From: an uncultured Candidatus Saccharibacteria bacterium
Lineage (GTDB): Bacteria > Patescibacteriota > Minisyncoccia > Phycocordibacterales > Phycocordibacteraceae
Reading direction: 5' to 3'
NCBI GenBank assembly: GCA_964607655.1
Contig: CAZSKX010000001.1
Span: forward strand, 83,434 to 147,433
Length of the DNA: 64,000 nt
A program made the translations under genes and the position numbers. Below, in pieces: positions 61,520 through 64,000 of this stretch (positions within the stretch are counted from its first letter, which is position 1; each line of letters begins with the position of its first letter). The notes beneath the pieces were generated by a model. That model searched no databases, had not been told where the DNA came from, and saw only the letters and a program-made list of their open reading frames with translations.

Positions 61520-62041
61520 ATGAACGCGAGTAGCGGTTTAGATGGGGTGAATGCGCTGGCGACGAACACGGCGCTGTCAGTTTGGAATATCGCCGGTGAC
61601 TTTGTGATCGTGATCGTGCTGCTTGCAGTCTTCTTCGTCTTTGCGTGGTATGTGGGGAGGGGGCCCTTTGTTGCGACCTTGTTCGCGCTTTACGCGGCGT
61701 ACGCGACCTATATTGTTTTTCCGTACATGTCGTATCTCCCGTCGGCGCCGGCCTCGAGCTCGGTGCTGGCCCATATCGGCCTCTATGCAGCGCTGACGCT
61801 TATTTTCTATATCATCCTGCGCCGCGTGGTGGTCTCAGACTTCCTCTATATCGCAGTCTTGGGCCTGGTGATCTTAGCGCTCCTTGCGTCTGGGTTTGTC
61901 ATCGCGCTCGCGTACCACACGTTCGAAGTAACCTCTATATACCAATTCACCCCAGCTATCGACGCGCTCTTCGCGCCTAAGGAGTACTTCTTCTGGTGGT
62001 TTGCCGGCCCGGCTATCGGCCTCTTCTTCCTCGCTCGGTAA
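61520..62041 (+). CDS. Polytopic membrane protein, unknown function.
   Basis: Four or five hydrophobic helices across 173 aa. Confidence 0.45.
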   Translation: MNASSGLDGVNALATNTALSVWNIAGDFVIVIVLLAVFFVFAWYVGRGPFVATLFALYAAYATYIVFPYMSYLPSAPASSSVLAHIGLYAALTLIFYIILRRVVVSDFLYIAVLGLVILALLASGFVIALAYHTFEVTSIYQFTPAIDALFAPKEYFFWWFAGPAIGLFFLAR

Positions 62042-62062
62042 CGGTAGAGCTTAGTGGTATAA

Positions 62063-63850
62063 TTGCTCGTTATGACTTCAATGTGGCGTAATGATCTGCC
62101 ACGGAACACTAATCCGTTCCGTTTTATGCTTTTCTCCTCCCGCCCTCACGCGGTGGCGATGAGCATTGCTCTGCTTGCGGTGGTGTGTGCTTCTACGCTC
62201 AACATTGTCAGCACCTACGTGTTTAAAAATGTTGTGGACGCGGTGGCTGCCCTTAAGGGGGCGGGGGGCTCTCTTACGACCGTGCAGGAAGCGGTTATTG
62301 TGTATGTCCTGATATCGCTCCTCTCCACACTCCTCTGGCGTATCAGTGGATTTATCGGCATGCATTGGTCAACGGGGGTTCGAGCAACAGGTCGATATGC
62401 GCTCACAGCGTACGTCACCAAACATAGTCAGCAATATTTTTCGAATCGCTTCGCCGGTTCTATTTTGAGCAAGATAGCGAACGCATCAGGCAGTGTGAAA
62501 GATATGGTCGAGCAGATCTTGTGGCAGTTCACGGGATTTATCATCTCAATGATTGCGGCTGTTGTGGTGCTGTATTTTACAAATCAGACCCTGGCGGCCA
62601 TCTTCTTGGGGTGGGTTTGTATCATTACACCGCTGAATATCTACTTGGCGCGCCGCAGGACACCCCTCTCGTCAGCGACCCAGAAGGCAGAGACAGCGCT
62701 CGGAGGGGCCACGGTAGACGTGCTCTCAAACATGACAACGGTGCATGAATATGCCAATCGCCAGTACGAGCTCGGGCGGCTTAAAGATCTGATAATCGGT
62801 CGTCGAGTTACTGGTCTCCGAAATTGGCGCTACGGAGAATCGGTCTTGTTGGGTAATGGTCTACTCCAGATACTCTTCATTGGAGCTCTGTTGCTCGTGT
62901 CAGTAGAGCTGGTGCGCGACGGTCTGTTGTCGGCGGGCGATATTGCTCTTATTCTCATGATCGTGGTGTACGTAGAAGACCGACTCACGTTTATTGGTCA
63001 GCAGATGAACAATTTTGCCGACGCGTGGGGGCAGGTGTCCGAGAGTCTAGAAGACATCCTCGAGCCGCACGATGTTCCTGATCAGGATGAGGTGACAAGA
63101 CTTCCTGCGCTTCTTGAGTCAGTCGAATTCAAGGATGTCTCGTTTGATTATGAGAATCTTCGCGTATTTGACCAGTTCTCACTCCACATCCCCAAAGGTC
63201 AAAAAGTTGGGCTCGTGGGCAGGAGCGGGGCGGGTAAGTCGACGCTCGTCAAGCTCTTGTTGCGTCACTATGACCTCAGTGAAGGGGAGATTACGATCGG
63301 AGGGACGAATATAGCGCATGTCTCGAAAGAGCATCTGCGCGAGCACGTCGCCGTGGTACCGCAGGAGCCGCTACTATTCCATCGCACTATTCGAGAAAAT
63401 ATTTCGTATGGGAACCATAGCGCCACGGAAGAGCAGGTGCTAAACGCTGCGACTTTGGCAGAGGCGCACGACTTCATCATGCGGTTGTCTGAAGGGTACG
63501 ACTCGATGGTGGGCGAGCGGGGCGTGAAGCTCTCTGGCGGGCAGCGCCAGCGCATCGCGATCGCTCGAGCGATACTTAAAGACGCGCCGATCCTTCTCCT
63601 CGACGAGGCCACGTCAGCACTCGATAGCGAGAGCGAAGTGGCAGTCCAGAAGGCGCTCTTTAATCTCATGCAGGGCCGTACCGTGATCGCAATCGCGCAC
63701 CGGCTCTCGACCCTTCGAGCGATGGATAGGATTATTGTGATGGATCAGGGGCAGATTACTGAGGACGGTACTCACGAAGAATTGCTTGAGAAAAAAGGCC
63801 TGTATGCGAGCCTCTGGAGTCACCAGGCGAGCGGCTTTCTTGAGGAGTAA
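62063..63850 (+). CDS. ABC exporter, fused transmembrane + ATP-binding protein (MsbA/lipid-A or multidrug exporter family).
   Basis: Six-TM N-terminal domain. Walker A GRSGAGKST, signature LSGGQRQRIAIARA, Walker B ILLLDEATSALD, H-loop IAHRLST. Confidence 0.85.
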   Translation: MLVMTSMWRNDLPRNTNPFRFMLFSSRPHAVAMSIALLAVVCASTLNIVSTYVFKNVVDAVAALKGAGGSLTTVQEAVIVYVLISLLSTLLWRISGFIGMHWSTGVRATGRYALTAYVTKHSQQYFSNRFAGSILSKIANASGSVKDMVEQILWQFTGFIISMIAAVVVLYFTNQTLAAIFLGWVCIITPLNIYLARRRTPLSSATQKAETALGGATVDVLSNMTTVHEYANRQYELGRLKDLIIGRRVTGLRNWRYGESVLLGNGLLQILFIGALLLVSVELVRDGLLSAGDIALILMIVVYVEDRLTFIGQQMNNFADAWGQVSESLEDILEPHDVPDQDEVTRLPALLESVEFKDVSFDYENLRVFDQFSLHIPKGQKVGLVGRSGAGKSTLVKLLLRHYDLSEGEITIGGTNIAHVSKEHLREHVAVVPQEPLLFHRTIRENISYGNHSATEEQVLNAATLAEAHDFIMRLSEGYDSMVGERGVKLSGGQRQRIAIARAILKDAPILLLDEATSALDSESEVAVQKALFNLMQGRTVIAIAHRLSTLRAMDRIIVMDQGQITEDGTHEELLEKKGLYASLWSHQASGFLEE

Positions 63851-64000
63851 CGGGTGGTATAGTTGAGGCATGATTTTTAGAAAGGCGACGAACATACGAC
63901 CAAGTGATATTGGCTCGCTTGTGGCTAACTTGAAGGCTCGTGGGCTCGTCGAGCATGCGTCTGCTGACCTTGGTCTTATCCTGGGGACGCCGCGCACAGT

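Noticed and set aside
1-64000. Looked for tRNA, rRNA, tmRNA, RNase P, SRP RNA, CRISPR repeats, and transposase/integrase genes.
   Set aside because: I found no GGTTCGA(A/T)TCC-type T-arm motifs, no rRNA-like conserved blocks, no regularly spaced direct repeats, and no DDE/tyrosine-recombinase motifs by eye. Absence is not proven without tRNAscan/Infernal.

Overview
This 64-kb window is gene-dense, mostly plus-strand bacterial chromosome with no rRNA, tRNA, CRISPR array or transposase that I could recognise. Its gene content resembles a reduced, Patescibacteria/CPR-like genome, but that is an inference, not proven. The pointers to it are a short-form alanyl-tRNA synthetase (623 aa), a type IV pilus locus with no secretin or PilMNO genes, a cysteine-free L36, many leaderless-looking starts and many small hypothetical membrane proteins.

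Recognisable genes: SCP/CAP-domain protein, FAD-linked oxidase, DnaQ-like exonuclease, tadA, PIF1-family helicase, and a type IV pilus block (PilB-like ATPase, PilC, five prepilin-type genes, one carrying a large LVIVD beta-propeller). Then a secreted tandem-repeat protein, a PAS protein with an ECF sigma factor, YggT, an RlpA-like protein, a GNAT enzyme, ychF, leuS, a TrmB regulator, folB(fusion)-folP, mltG, mnmA, and a nuclease/repair cluster (ATP-cone+Mrr endonuclease, Cas4-like nuclease, Ogt-like MGMT, ung). Downstream are an HD hydrolase, two M16 peptidases, alaS, infA-rpmJ-rpsM-rpsK-rpsD-rpoA-rplQ-rplM-rpsI, grpE/dnaK/dnaJ with inserted small genes, ASCH, peptidase E-like, HAD, and an MsbA-like ABC exporter.

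The observations I rate highest:
1. A perfect 24-25 nt palindromic hairpin element sits in-frame inside two unrelated CDSs (the FAD oxidase and leuS), like a miniature RPE-type palindromic element.
2. A complete Nudix hydrolase domain, with a perfect Nudix box, is inserted in LeuRS just after the CP1 editing domain.
3. FolB is fused to an AlkB-like 2OG-Fe(II) oxygenase domain next to folP.
4. An ATP-cone::Mrr-like endonuclease fusion sits beside a Cas4-like Fe-S nuclease, MGMT and UDG.
5. A roughly 0.7-kb GC3-extreme island contains a 22-bp perfect palindrome that frameshifts a gene.
6. A 1.55-kb gene is flanked by a degenerate duplication of the mltG 3' end.
7. Two families of near-identical terminator hairpin modules recur.
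8. grpE, dnaK and dnaJ are each separated by inserted genes with their own promoters and terminators, and no CIRCE operator is visible.

All calls come from reading the translated ORFs and the DNA by eye. No database search was run.
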